Notes under the pieces: model-generated
What the model was told of the DNA's origin: nothing
The model's input: only the letters and a program-made list of their open reading frames with translations
The model's database searches: none
Made by a program: the position numbers and the translations under genes
NCBI GenBank assembly: GCA_049997795.1
Contig: JBEKVT010000001.1
Location: 312,241 to 376,240, forward strand
Direction: 5' to 3'
DNA: 64,000 nucleotides
Source of the DNA: Minisyncoccia bacterium
GTDB taxonomy: Bacteria; Patescibacteriota; Minisyncoccia; Phycocordibacterales; PALSA-1337
Part shown: one piece after another, positions 8,814 through 16,652 of the stretch
Layout: each line of letters begins with the position of its first letter
Position numbering within the stretch: position 1 is the first letter of the stretch

Positions 8814-10127
8814 CTATCCGGCGACGGCGATCATGAAGTCGGAGACGTTGGAACCAGTGTCGCCCGTCTCTATGAGGCCGCCGACGGCCTCGAAGAAAGC
8901 CGATGAATCGTTGTTCGCCAAGAATCTTTCCCGGTCGATGCCGTTTGCGGAAGCGGCATTCACGAGGGCCTTATCTGCGAGCGCTCCGGCATGCGGGCCG
9001 TTGTCTCGGCCATCGGAAGAGATCGACAGGACCACGCGCCCGGCACGGATCTCAGGAAGAGCTCCCATGGCTAACTCTTGATTCCTGCCGCCCCTCCCCG
9101 AGCCCTTCACGGTCACGGTCGTCTCGCCGCAATAGAGGAAGACGGTCTTTGATGCCGCCTCACTGATCTCCTCGGCAATGCCGGCGCCGACTTCACGGGC
9201 CTCACCCGTGATATGATCGTTCCTAACCTCCGTTTTGAAGTCGAGCGTCTCGGCGGTCCGTCTCATCTCTTCTAGAGCGGTCTCATTTGAAAGAGCCAGG
9301 ATATTATACACCCGTTCGAAAAGCCCGTCGTCTTTCGGCGTCTCTGTGAGGCATTCTGCCGGGAGCTCGAGGCCGTATTTCTTCATGACAGCCTCGGCGT
9401 CTTTCACGGTCGTAGTGTCTTTCACCGTCGGTCCCGAGGAGATGAATTCCAATTCGTTCCCCGGCACGTCGGAGAATATGATCGAAACGATTTGCGCCGG
9501 ATGAGCCGCGGCCGAGAGGAAGCCTCCTCGGGCGAGCGACATGTGCTTCCTCACGGTATTGATCTCCTGGATAGTGGCGCCGGCCTTGAAGAGGGCCGAG
9601 AGCATCTCTTTCTCCTTCACGACCGAATCCTTCATCTTTTCTGGAGCGCATGGCGGTTGGACCAGCAAAGTGGAGCCGCCGCCGGAGATAAGGAACAAAA
9701 CGGTATCATCGGCCGAAAGGCCGGACAACGAGTCCAGAATGGCGCGCGTACCGGCCAAGTTTGCCTCCGAAGGCATCGGGTGTGTGCCGGCGTAGTACTT
9801 TATCTTTCTAAGCAGCGGCTTGGTACCGTCTGATGCCTTATAATCTCCGACGCCTAAGGCCACGCCCGAAGCCAGCCGATTGCCGAGAGCCTTCTCGAAA
9901 GCGATGGCGCCGTCGGCCGCGCATTTGCCGACAAGGACGGCGGCGAGCTTGCCGTCCGGCGATAATTTGAAAGTCTGGCCGAAGACGAAAAGGGAATAGC
10001 CGTCGATCCGCAAGGACTTCTCCAAGACGGCTGCCGTGTCGATGGCCTTAAGCCCCGCCTCCGCTATCTCCAAGGCGGCGCGCCGCTCGGGCGTCGTAGC
10101 AAGCTCGGCCATATTCTTGATCTTCAT
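8814..10127 (-). CDS. Glycerate 2-kinase family protein (DUF4147 + MOFRL)
   Basis: GK, HPMP, LISGGGSTL, INTVRKH, SDVPG, SGPT, GETTV, GGRNQE, SDGRD and TGSNVSD. Start moved to ATG 10127, which has TGCTAAAAT 7 nt upstream. Confidence 0.9.
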   Translation of the reverse strand: MKIKNMAELATTPERRAALEIAEAGLKAIDTAAVLEKSLRIDGYSLFVFGQTFKLSPDGKLAAVLVGKCAADGAIAFEKALGNRLASGVALGVGDYKASDGTKPLLRKIKYYAGTHPMPSEANLAGTRAILDSLSGLSADDTVLFLISGGGSTLLVQPPCAPEKMKDSVVKEKEMLSALFKAGATIQEINTVRKHMSLARGGFLSAAAHPAQIVSIIFSDVPGNELEFISSGPTVKDTTTVKDAEAVMKKYGLELPAECLTETPKDDGLFERVYNILALSNETALEEMRRTAETLDFKTEVRNDHITGEAREVGAGIAEEISEAASKTVFLYCGETTVTVKGSGRGGRNQELAMGALPEIRAGRVVLSISSDGRDNGPHAGALADKALVNAASANGIDRERFLANNDSSAFFEAVGGLIETGDTGSNVSDFMIAVAG

Positions 10128-10220
10128 CGGGTCAATTTTAGCAGATTTCCGGCTTTTGCGTCTGCGGTATAATTCTGGTAGTGTAAGAGCCGTTCCCCGC
10201 GGTTTCAAAATTCACATCGC

Positions 10221-10293
10221 GCGCGTATAGCTCAGTTGGTAGAGCACACCACTGATACTGGTGGGGTCCTTGGTTCGAATCCAAGTACGCGCA
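10221..10293 (+). tRNA. tRNA-Ile (anticodon GAT); CCA not encoded
   Basis: Acceptor stem GCGCGTA/TACGCGC, D arm GCTC/GAGC, anticodon stem CACCA/TGGTG with loop CTGATAC, T arm CTTGG-TTCGAAT-CCAAG, discriminator A, followed by CCG. Confidence 0.95.
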
Positions 10294-10329
10294 CCGTCGC
10301 CCTTATCAGCCTCGTTAACATATGATCAG

Positions 10330-11322
10330 ATGAACTCCAAAACCACTCCGAAGGATTTCTTCCTTCACCTCGGCGCCACCATAGCCCTCTATACCTCGGC
10401 TGTCGCCCTTATCAACCTGTGTTTCAGTGTCATCAATTATTACAATCCGGATGTCCTGGCCGGCTACTTCAGCTCCAACTCCATCGCTTGGCCAGTCTCC
10501 ATGCTCGTCGTCCTTGTGCCGGTCTTGTACGTCATCGAATGGTTCATCGGCCGCGACCTCGCGCGCATGCCGGAGAAGAAGGACCTCTGGATCCGCCGCT
10601 GGCGCATCTACCTCACCCTTTTCCTTGGCGGGGCGACCGTGGTCGGCGATCTGGTCGTGCTCATCAACTGGTACTTGAACGGCGAGATCACCGACCGTTT
10701 TGTCTATAAAATCCTGGTCGTGCTGGTCGTTGCCGGCGTCATCTTCGCTTATTATCTCTTGGCCCGCGCCGTTGATTCCGTCAGGGCGAAGAATTGGAGG
10801 AAGATCCTCGCCTGGTTCGGCATCGTCGTCGTTCTGGCGGGGGTCGTCGGCGGATTCCTGATCGTCGGCTCGCCGGCGAAGCAGCGCGCCATCCGTTTCG
10901 ACAGCCAGCGAGTGAGCGATCTCACGAATATCCAATGGCAGATCATCAGCTATTGGCAGCAGAGAGGGAAGCTGCCCGCGGCCCTAAGCGACCTCAACGA
11001 CCCCATCTCGAATTTCTCCGTTCCCAAGGATCCCGACACCTCTTCAAGCTACGGATATTCGACGAAATGGACCTCGGCGATGTCTTCCAATCCGGCCTTC
11101 GAACTGTGCGCCACATTCAGTCTGGCGTCACAGGATCTATCCGGCAAGGGAGCTTACGGCACGGGCGGAAGCGTGGGCGGCGCCATCCCCGTCGGCAATG
11201 TCTCATATCCCATCGGCTCCATATCGACGAACGATTCCTGGACTCATGATGCCGGCCATATCTGCTTCGAGCGCACCATCGACCCGGCCCGGTATCCGAT
11301 AAATCCAAAGATCAATCAGTAG
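10330..11322 (+). CDS. DUF5671-like multi-pass membrane protein with a C-terminal pilin-like extracellular domain
   Basis: PKDFFLHLG N-terminus, about five hydrophobic segments, then GSP...D..RVSDL..I...YW....LP..L..L, PKDP, FELCATF and WxH..G..CF. The ORF-track start overlaps the tRNA, so ATG 10330 is used. Confidence 0.75.
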   Translation: MNSKTTPKDFFLHLGATIALYTSAVALINLCFSVINYYNPDVLAGYFSSNSIAWPVSMLVVLVPVLYVIEWFIGRDLARMPEKKDLWIRRWRIYLTLFLGGATVVGDLVVLINWYLNGEITDRFVYKILVVLVVAGVIFAYYLLARAVDSVRAKNWRKILAWFGIVVVLAGVVGGFLIVGSPAKQRAIRFDSQRVSDLTNIQWQIISYWQQRGKLPAALSDLNDPISNFSVPKDPDTSSSYGYSTKWTSAMSSNPAFELCATFSLASQDLSGKGAYGTGGSVGGAIPVGNVSYPIGSISTNDSWTHDAGHICFERTIDPARYPINPKINQ

Positions 11323-11327
11323 GGGAT

Positions 11328-11442
11328 AGGCGGCAAGAGAACAAGGGTTTGAGAGACACGGGATTTTCCTGCTGGAAAATCCCTCGATGCTCGCGCCAGT
11401 CGCGCTCGCAAGGTCTCTCAAACCCTTGTTCTCTTGCCGCCT
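11328..11442. repeat. Palindromic intergenic element, copy 1 (30-bp perfect inverted arms, 55-nt two-hairpin core)
   Basis: 11328-11357 is the exact reverse complement of 11413-11442. The core matches copy 2 at 50/55 positions. Confidence 0.92.
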
Positions 11443-11467
11443 TCCCGTTCATGCTATAATCCCCGGC

Positions 11468-12205
11468 ATGCGGAAAAGCGCCTACGTCATCCCAGACACC
11501 ACGCTCATCCTCGACCGGCCCCGGCATGAATATCCGCTCATGCTCCGGGATCTGCCGCCGGCCGGAAAGCCGCGCGAGAAGCTCCTGGCCCACGGCCCGG
11601 AGGCTCTTTCCGTGCAGGAGCTCGCGGCTCTCCTCCTCATCACCGGTACGGTCTGGGAAGACGTGCTGGAGATGTCGAACCGCATCGTCCGCGATTACGG
11701 CGAGAAGAACGTCTTCGCCGAGCGCGACGCCATGAAGCTTTCCGAGGAAGCGGGCATCCCTCTCGTCAAGGCCTGCCAGATCGTGGCCGCCGGCGAACTG
11801 GGCCGCCGTTATTACGGCAAGGAGCAGTCTGGCTTCACCACCATCAGGAACGCCAAAGACGTCTATGACCATTTGACCGACATGCGGACCTTGCCCAAGG
11901 AGAATCTGCGCGGTCTGTACTTGAACGGTCACAGCCGCATCATCCGGGACGAGATCATATCGGTCGGGACGGTCAATGCCAATCTGATCCACGCCCGCGA
12001 AGTCTTCCGCACGGCCATCGAATGCAACGCCGTAGCCTTGGTCCTCGCCCACAACCATCCCTCCGGGGACTCGAGCCCCTCGACCGAAGACATCGAAGTG
12101 ACCCGCCGGCTCATCGAGGCCGGCAAGCTCCTCGGCATCCGCCTCTTAGACCACGTGATCATCACCAAAGATTCGTTCACCAGCGTGAACGCCGATTATA
12201 AATAG
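11468..12205 (+). CDS. radC: RadC family JAB-domain protein
   Basis: PREKL, ELAALL, HAREVF, HNHPSGD, PSTED and LLDHVII. ATG 11468 has TGCTATAAT 7 nt upstream. Confidence 0.93.
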   Translation: MRKSAYVIPDTTLILDRPRHEYPLMLRDLPPAGKPREKLLAHGPEALSVQELAALLLITGTVWEDVLEMSNRIVRDYGEKNVFAERDAMKLSEEAGIPLVKACQIVAAGELGRRYYGKEQSGFTTIRNAKDVYDHLTDMRTLPKENLRGLYLNGHSRIIRDEIISVGTVNANLIHAREVFRTAIECNAVALVLAHNHPSGDSSPSTEDIEVTRRLIEAGKLLGIRLLDHVIITKDSFTSVNADYK

Positions 12206-12211
12206 CTATCC

Positions 12212-12526
12212 ATGTTCCGAGATTACACCGTTGTCTCGCCTTCCCTGGAAGGCGTCTTGAGCCATGAATCATTGATGTACGACGGCATCCGTCGGCCGGC
12301 GGAGATCCTGCGCGCCCTCGACGGCCCGGCCGCCGACCCGTCCCTCCCCAAGCCGCCGCACCAGGAGAAGATCCTGGAGCAGTATTTCTACGATCTCTAC
12401 GGAGTCTTCATGAAGAGATTGTCTTCTTTCGTCCTCGAATCGGAGCCGGCTGACCTCGAGACCGTCAAGCTCCAAGCCATGCTGCAGGAGATGATAAAGA
12501 TCAAAAAGCTGATGGGGAAGAAGTAG
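12212..12526 (+). CDS. Hypothetical protein
   Basis: 104-aa ORF 6 nt after radC, with host-like codon usage. Confidence 0.65.
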   Translation: MFRDYTVVSPSLEGVLSHESLMYDGIRRPAEILRALDGPAADPSLPKPPHQEKILEQYFYDLYGVFMKRLSSFVLESEPADLETVKLQAMLQEMIKIKKLMGKK

Positions 12527-12564
12527 ATGGTGAAATAGGCCTAGGAATAAGGACATAAGCAGCA

Positions 12565-12594
12565 TTGACTTATGTAGTTTTGTCGTGCTATAAT
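12565..12594 (+). promoter_or_regulatory. Sigma70-type promoter
   Basis: TTGACT-N18-TATAAT with a TG extension, followed by a hairpin-rich leader. Confidence 0.7.
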
Positions 12595-12686
12595 TAAAGG
12601 TAGATCTGCACACCCTGTGCGGTCCGGGACAATTGTCCCAAACTAGAACAGTCAGTAGCGAGCCTTGTGCTCGCGGAAAGGGTACG

Positions 12687-13934
12687 TTGAAAACTTGGAT
12701 AACTACGATAGTGACGGAATGGCTCTCACACCTGGACGAAATAACAGGCGTGCGGGAGCTGCAGCTCTTCGGGGAGAAGATCTTCCCGGGAGTCGGCACG
12801 GCGAAGATCGTGTTCAGCGACAAGGAGGTGCGGGGAGATCGCAAGGATTGCCTGTACGTCGGCGTCGGCAACGGCAAGAGCGAATTCGACGAGCATCGGC
12901 CGGACGGCCGGCTCCAGAACGAGTGCGCGGCCACTCTCGTGGCCAGACGACTCGGCATCCTCAACAAGCCGGGCCTCAAGGAGCTGCTCACCGAAGTCTT
13001 GCGGTGCGACACACAGCCCAAGACCTTCCCGACCCAGCTCGCCAACCTGGTCAAAGCCATGCATCGGGTCAAGAAAGGTACCGATCAGTATGGTACCTAT
13101 CTCTGGGTTTGTAAGGCTTTAGACGCCATCGTCTTTCGCGAGAGAAACGAAAGAATCGATCCACGCTGGCTCTGGCAGGAATTCTGCAGGGTCAGGGAAG
13201 TGCCGCAGGACGAAGCATTCGAAATCGTCAATCGACTTGTCAACGAATCATTCAGTCGACGGAATAGCCTAGTGACCGAGCTGGCGTCCATCGTCTCCAG
13301 AATGAGTGTCAAGGCCGGCTGGTTGTGGCTCGGTGAGACGTTCTCCATGTTGCTTCGGGACGCAGATATGTTCCTCGAGGCGGTCAAGGAGATGAACTCC
13401 GACAAGCTGGTCGCGTTCGATGTCCAGACTGCAGATGGTATCGAGCCGGCCTACTTCATCACGACCAACAACGAGCACGCCGGTCGAGCGGCAGTCTCCA
13501 GGCTCACGGGCAAGGCGACGATCTGCGTGGTCCGGAATACGAACGGCCACACCCAGATCTTCTCCAACCCCGACATGAAGCTCCCGATGGGGAACTTCAT
13601 CGCTCTCCTTCGGATGGCGGAGTTCAGGAAGTGGACGGGAAAGCGCCTTCCGGCCAAGAGGGCCTACGGAGCGGGGACGATCCCGGAATGCAAGCAGTGG
13701 CATCTCCCGAATCCGAACATGATCCTGAACGGGTCCTTGACCCATCCGTGGATACCGGCGTCAATACTCTCTCTCGAAGAGATCCAGGAGATCGCCCGCG
13801 TGGCCTTCACGGCGACCGGACGGGATCTGTGGATCAAGGAGTATTGCGGCGAGAAGCCCTTAGAAGCCATCTCGTCGGAAGACTCACTCGGCATCCTCGA
13901 GACTGCGATGGACCGCGCCAACGGTCGGAAATAG
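12687..13934 (+). CDS. Hypothetical protein with a divergent MYG1/DHH-like N-terminus
   Basis: IVT....HLDE, GVG....FDEH and ECAATLVA resemble MYG1/DHH motifs. TTG 12687 is preceded by SD-like GGAAAGGG. Confidence 0.6.
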   Translation: MKTWITTIVTEWLSHLDEITGVRELQLFGEKIFPGVGTAKIVFSDKEVRGDRKDCLYVGVGNGKSEFDEHRPDGRLQNECAATLVARRLGILNKPGLKELLTEVLRCDTQPKTFPTQLANLVKAMHRVKKGTDQYGTYLWVCKALDAIVFRERNERIDPRWLWQEFCRVREVPQDEAFEIVNRLVNESFSRRNSLVTELASIVSRMSVKAGWLWLGETFSMLLRDADMFLEAVKEMNSDKLVAFDVQTADGIEPAYFITTNNEHAGRAAVSRLTGKATICVVRNTNGHTQIFSNPDMKLPMGNFIALLRMAEFRKWTGKRLPAKRAYGAGTIPECKQWHLPNPNMILNGSLTHPWIPASILSLEEIQEIARVAFTATGRDLWIKEYCGEKPLEAISSEDSLGILETAMDRANGRK

Positions 13935-13972
13935 TCAGCGAACTTGCCACAAGCGCAGAGCGCTTGGCAAGC

Positions 13973-14008
13973 AAAGAGGGCAGGAAGCTTAGCTCCGCCC
14001 TCTTTTTT
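13973..14008 (+). terminator. Rho-independent terminator
   Basis: AAAGAGGGC..GGAAGC-TTA-GCTCC-GCCCTC followed by T6; a second hairpin lies at 13943-13971. Confidence 0.75.
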
Positions 14009-14056
14009 ATACCCCGAACCTTTCAATACTGGTTTGAATGCCTTATAATTATGCCC

Positions 14057-15379
14057 ATGAGCGCCCGTGACTTCTTCCTGGGCAAAAGGATCGCCGTCAT
14101 CGGTTTGGGGGTGAACGGAGAGATGGCGGCGGACGTCAGATTCTTGGTCAAAGCCAATGCTCTGGTCTCGGTTTACGATCTCAAGGCCGAGGCGAAGGTG
14201 AGCGGCCACGCGGCCTCGCTGCGCTCTCTCGGCCTGGCCAATTTCCTGTGCGGCTCGGTGCCGGCCGACGATCTCCTCGACATGGATCTTATCATCCTGT
14301 CGCATGAATATCCCCGCAATTCGTCTTTCTTGTCGGAGGCTCGCAAGAAAGGCGTCGAGATAGAATATCCGGAGACCCTGTTCCTCCGGCTCGCCCCGCC
14401 TATAACCGTCGTCGGCATCATGGGCGCCTGCGGCAAGGCCACCGTCCTGTCCATGCTCTCTCCCATGATGGAAGCGGCCTGCGCGGAGAAAAAAGCCAAG
14501 GAGAAGTGCTTCACCGCCGACCCGGAGTCGGACAGCGGCATCCTCGCCCATCTCGGTCGGATGAAAAACGGCGACATCCTCGTCTTGCGCATCGCCGAAC
14601 AGATGATGCCGGAAATAACCGCCCTCGACTGGAGCCCGCACATCGCCGTCTTCGCCACCATGCCATCTTTGCCGTCGTCCCTGGAGTCGCCCTTCGGGAT
14701 CCTCGTCCATCAGACCTACAACAATCATGTGATCGGAAGCGACAAGGTCATCGATGCCGTCCGGGCCTCCGGCCTTCCCTTGAAAGGGAAGATGCTGCGC
14801 ACCAAAGCATCGCTCGTGCCCGAAGACTGGCTTCGGAACGGTCGCGCGCCGTATGATCAGGATAACGCCGCCCTGGCCCTCCAAGCGGCCAAGCTCTTCG
14901 GCGTTTCCAATGAGACGGCCAAAGCGGTCCTGTCGAAATGGAAGCCGCTCAAGGGCCGGCTCGAGCCGGTCAAGAAGCTGAAGAGCGTCGAATTCTGGAA
15001 TGACACGGCCTCCGTCTCGCCCGAGGCCACGGTCGCAGGCATGGAAGCCTTGGCCGGAGACAAGAATCTGGTGCTCATCATGGGCGGGTCCGACCGAGGC
15101 GCCGATTATCATGACTTATACGCGGCGGCGTCGCGATACGCCCATGCCCTGGTCGTTTTGCCGGGAAGCGGGACCTTGAAGGAAAGGCAGGCCATCCGCG
15201 GGCTCGACGGCCTGACCGTCCTTTCGGTGCCGTCCGTCGAAGAAGCGGTGCGTTCGGCCATGGATCAGGCCCATAAGGGAGATAAGGTGCTGTTCAGCCC
15301 CGGTTTCGGCGCCGGCGGCATATACGGCTCGCGCGCCGAACGCGGCGACCATTTTATACGGGCAGTCAGAGCCTTGTGA
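14057..15379 (+). CDS. MurD-like Mur ligase family protein with degenerate motifs
   Basis: N-terminal GKRIAVIGLG, P-loop GIMGACGKAT, N...A..A, GRLE, NDTAS, LIMGGSDRG, LFSPG and RG..F. The central ELSSFQL and DHLD motifs are missing. The ORF-track start (13631) is spurious. Confidence 0.8.
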   Translation: MSARDFFLGKRIAVIGLGVNGEMAADVRFLVKANALVSVYDLKAEAKVSGHAASLRSLGLANFLCGSVPADDLLDMDLIILSHEYPRNSSFLSEARKKGVEIEYPETLFLRLAPPITVVGIMGACGKATVLSMLSPMMEAACAEKKAKEKCFTADPESDSGILAHLGRMKNGDILVLRIAEQMMPEITALDWSPHIAVFATMPSLPSSLESPFGILVHQTYNNHVIGSDKVIDAVRASGLPLKGKMLRTKASLVPEDWLRNGRAPYDQDNAALALQAAKLFGVSNETAKAVLSKWKPLKGRLEPVKKLKSVEFWNDTASVSPEATVAGMEALAGDKNLVLIMGGSDRGADYHDLYAAASRYAHALVVLPGSGTLKERQAIRGLDGLTVLSVPSVEEAVRSAMDQAHKGDKVLFSPGFGAGGIYGSRAERGDHFIRAVRAL

Positions 15380-15392
15380 TCACGCTTTGATT

Positions 15393-15511
15393 ATAGGTAG
15401 CGAGAGAAGGAGATATTGAAAGACACGGAATTTCCCTGCTGGGAAATTCCTCGGTGCTCGCGCCAGTCGCGCTCGCAAGGTCTTTCAATGTCTCCTTCTC
15501 TCGCTACCTAT
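15393..15511. repeat. Palindromic intergenic element, copy 2 (32-bp arms with one G-T pair, 55-nt core)
   Basis: 15393-15424 pairs with 15480-15511; homologous to 11328-11442. Confidence 0.92.
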
Positions 15512-16401
15512 CATTCGCCGCAGATCATACAAACAACGGCGCCGGGGAATTTCCAGCCGATGGATGTTGCTTTCATGACTCCTGCTACAGAGAGAGCGCT
15601 ATTCGCGGAGATCTCAAGGCCCGCATGCTTTTCGGTCAATTCCTGCGCAGCTCTGATATCGTCGTTCGTCGCCACCCAGCCGCGGCCGCCGGTCTTCTCG
15701 ATGAGAGGGATGAGGACGTCTTTCCTGTGAGCCGTTTTGTCCACGATCGCGTCGGCGGTCGACGTCTCATCCGGGCCGTCGTATGATTCGAAGCTCTCGG
15801 ATAGGGGATGACAGGATGATGTCTGCACGATATGGACCTGGATCGACAGTTTCTTTTTTGTAAAATAAGCGGCCAAGGCCTGGGCCGTCGTGCCTGAAGA
15901 GGTGCCGATCATGACCGCGCCGGCGCCTTTTATCTCTCCGAGCTCCGCGGCCAATGGTTCATAGCCGATCAAGGCGACATCATCAGTCGATTGTCGGAGG
16001 CTTCTCGCGCCTTCTTTTACGGCTTCATTCAGAGCCTGGAGCGGCCGCTCCTTTACCATAACGCGGATGTGGTCATCCGCCAGCTCTTTCAACCGGATCG
16101 CCTTGTGCGGTGAAGCATGCTGTCCGATGAAGATGTCCAAGCCGATGGGTTTTTCTTTGCCGCCGGCTCCTTCCCGCCGGTCGTTCGATTCACGGACAAA
16201 AAGCGCCGCTGCCAGAGCCGCGTTCCCGGACGAAGAGATGGCGAACCGGCTGTCGCCGCCTTTCAAATAGTGCTTGATCATGATCGGAATGGAACGGCCC
16301 TTGTGCGAGCCGTAGGGATGCAGGTCTTCGCGCTTGAAATAGATGCCCGGGACGCCGATCGCCCCGGCGAGCTTCGGGTATCGTTCGAGAGGAGTCGACA
16401 T
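15511..16401 (-). CDS. Fold-type II PLP-dependent enzyme (threonine synthase/dehydratase/cysteine synthase superfamily)
   Basis: KREDLHPYGSHKGR (Schiff-base Lys), SSSGNAA and phosphate loop GTSSGTT. Confidence 0.88.
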   Translation of the reverse strand: MSTPLERYPKLAGAIGVPGIYFKREDLHPYGSHKGRSIPIMIKHYLKGGDSRFAISSSGNAALAAALFVRESNDRREGAGGKEKPIGLDIFIGQHASPHKAIRLKELADDHIRVMVKERPLQALNEAVKEGARSLRQSTDDVALIGYEPLAAELGEIKGAGAVMIGTSSGTTAQALAAYFTKKKLSIQVHIVQTSSCHPLSESFESYDGPDETSTADAIVDKTAHRKDVLIPLIEKTGGRGWVATNDDIRAAQELTEKHAGLEISANSALSVAGVMKATSIGWKFPGAVVCMICGE

Positions 16402-16441
16402 ATTGCCATACTAACCCATTTCTTATATCATTGAAAGCATT

Positions 16442-16636
16442 ATGATCCAGCGAAGAACCGAATCGGCCAGCGCTCTGTGCGTCTGTCCCGAATGCAAGAA
16501 CGTGATCGACCTTTCCCGATACCCGAACCTGGTGCCCGGCATGGTCATCGAGTGCAATCACTGCGGCATGACGCTCCTCGTGAAAGAGATAGCAGGAAGC
16601 GACGTCAAGACCGAGGTCGTGGACGAGGGAAAGTGA
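16442..16636 (+). CDS. LysW-like zinc-ribbon small protein (putative carrier protein)
   Basis: CPECKNVI...G.VIECNHCGMTLLV matches the LysW pattern CPxC...GExxxCxxCGxxLxV. The C-terminus is VVDEGK. Confidence 0.75.
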   Translation: MIQRRTESASALCVCPECKNVIDLSRYPNLVPGMVIECNHCGMTLLVKEIAGSDVKTEVVDEGK

Positions 16637-16652
16637 GCGGATTTCCTTCCGC

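Noticed and set aside
10221-14008. tRNA-anchored genomic island or prophage (tRNA, radC, orphans)
   Set aside because: No integrase, no duplicated tRNA 3' end found, and radC is the full-length chromosomal type.
11328-15511. Palindromic elements as a CRISPR array, attC sites or simple terminators
   Set aside because: Only two copies 4 kb apart, no spacers or cas genes, no integrase or attC-type ends, no U-tract, and a conserved branched core that a terminator would not need.
15511-16636. Ordinary threonine synthase or LysW-dependent lysine biosynthesis
   Set aside because: No thrA/B or lysX/Z/Y/J/K context, the PLP enzyme is short and divergent, and the carrier lacks the terminal Glu.
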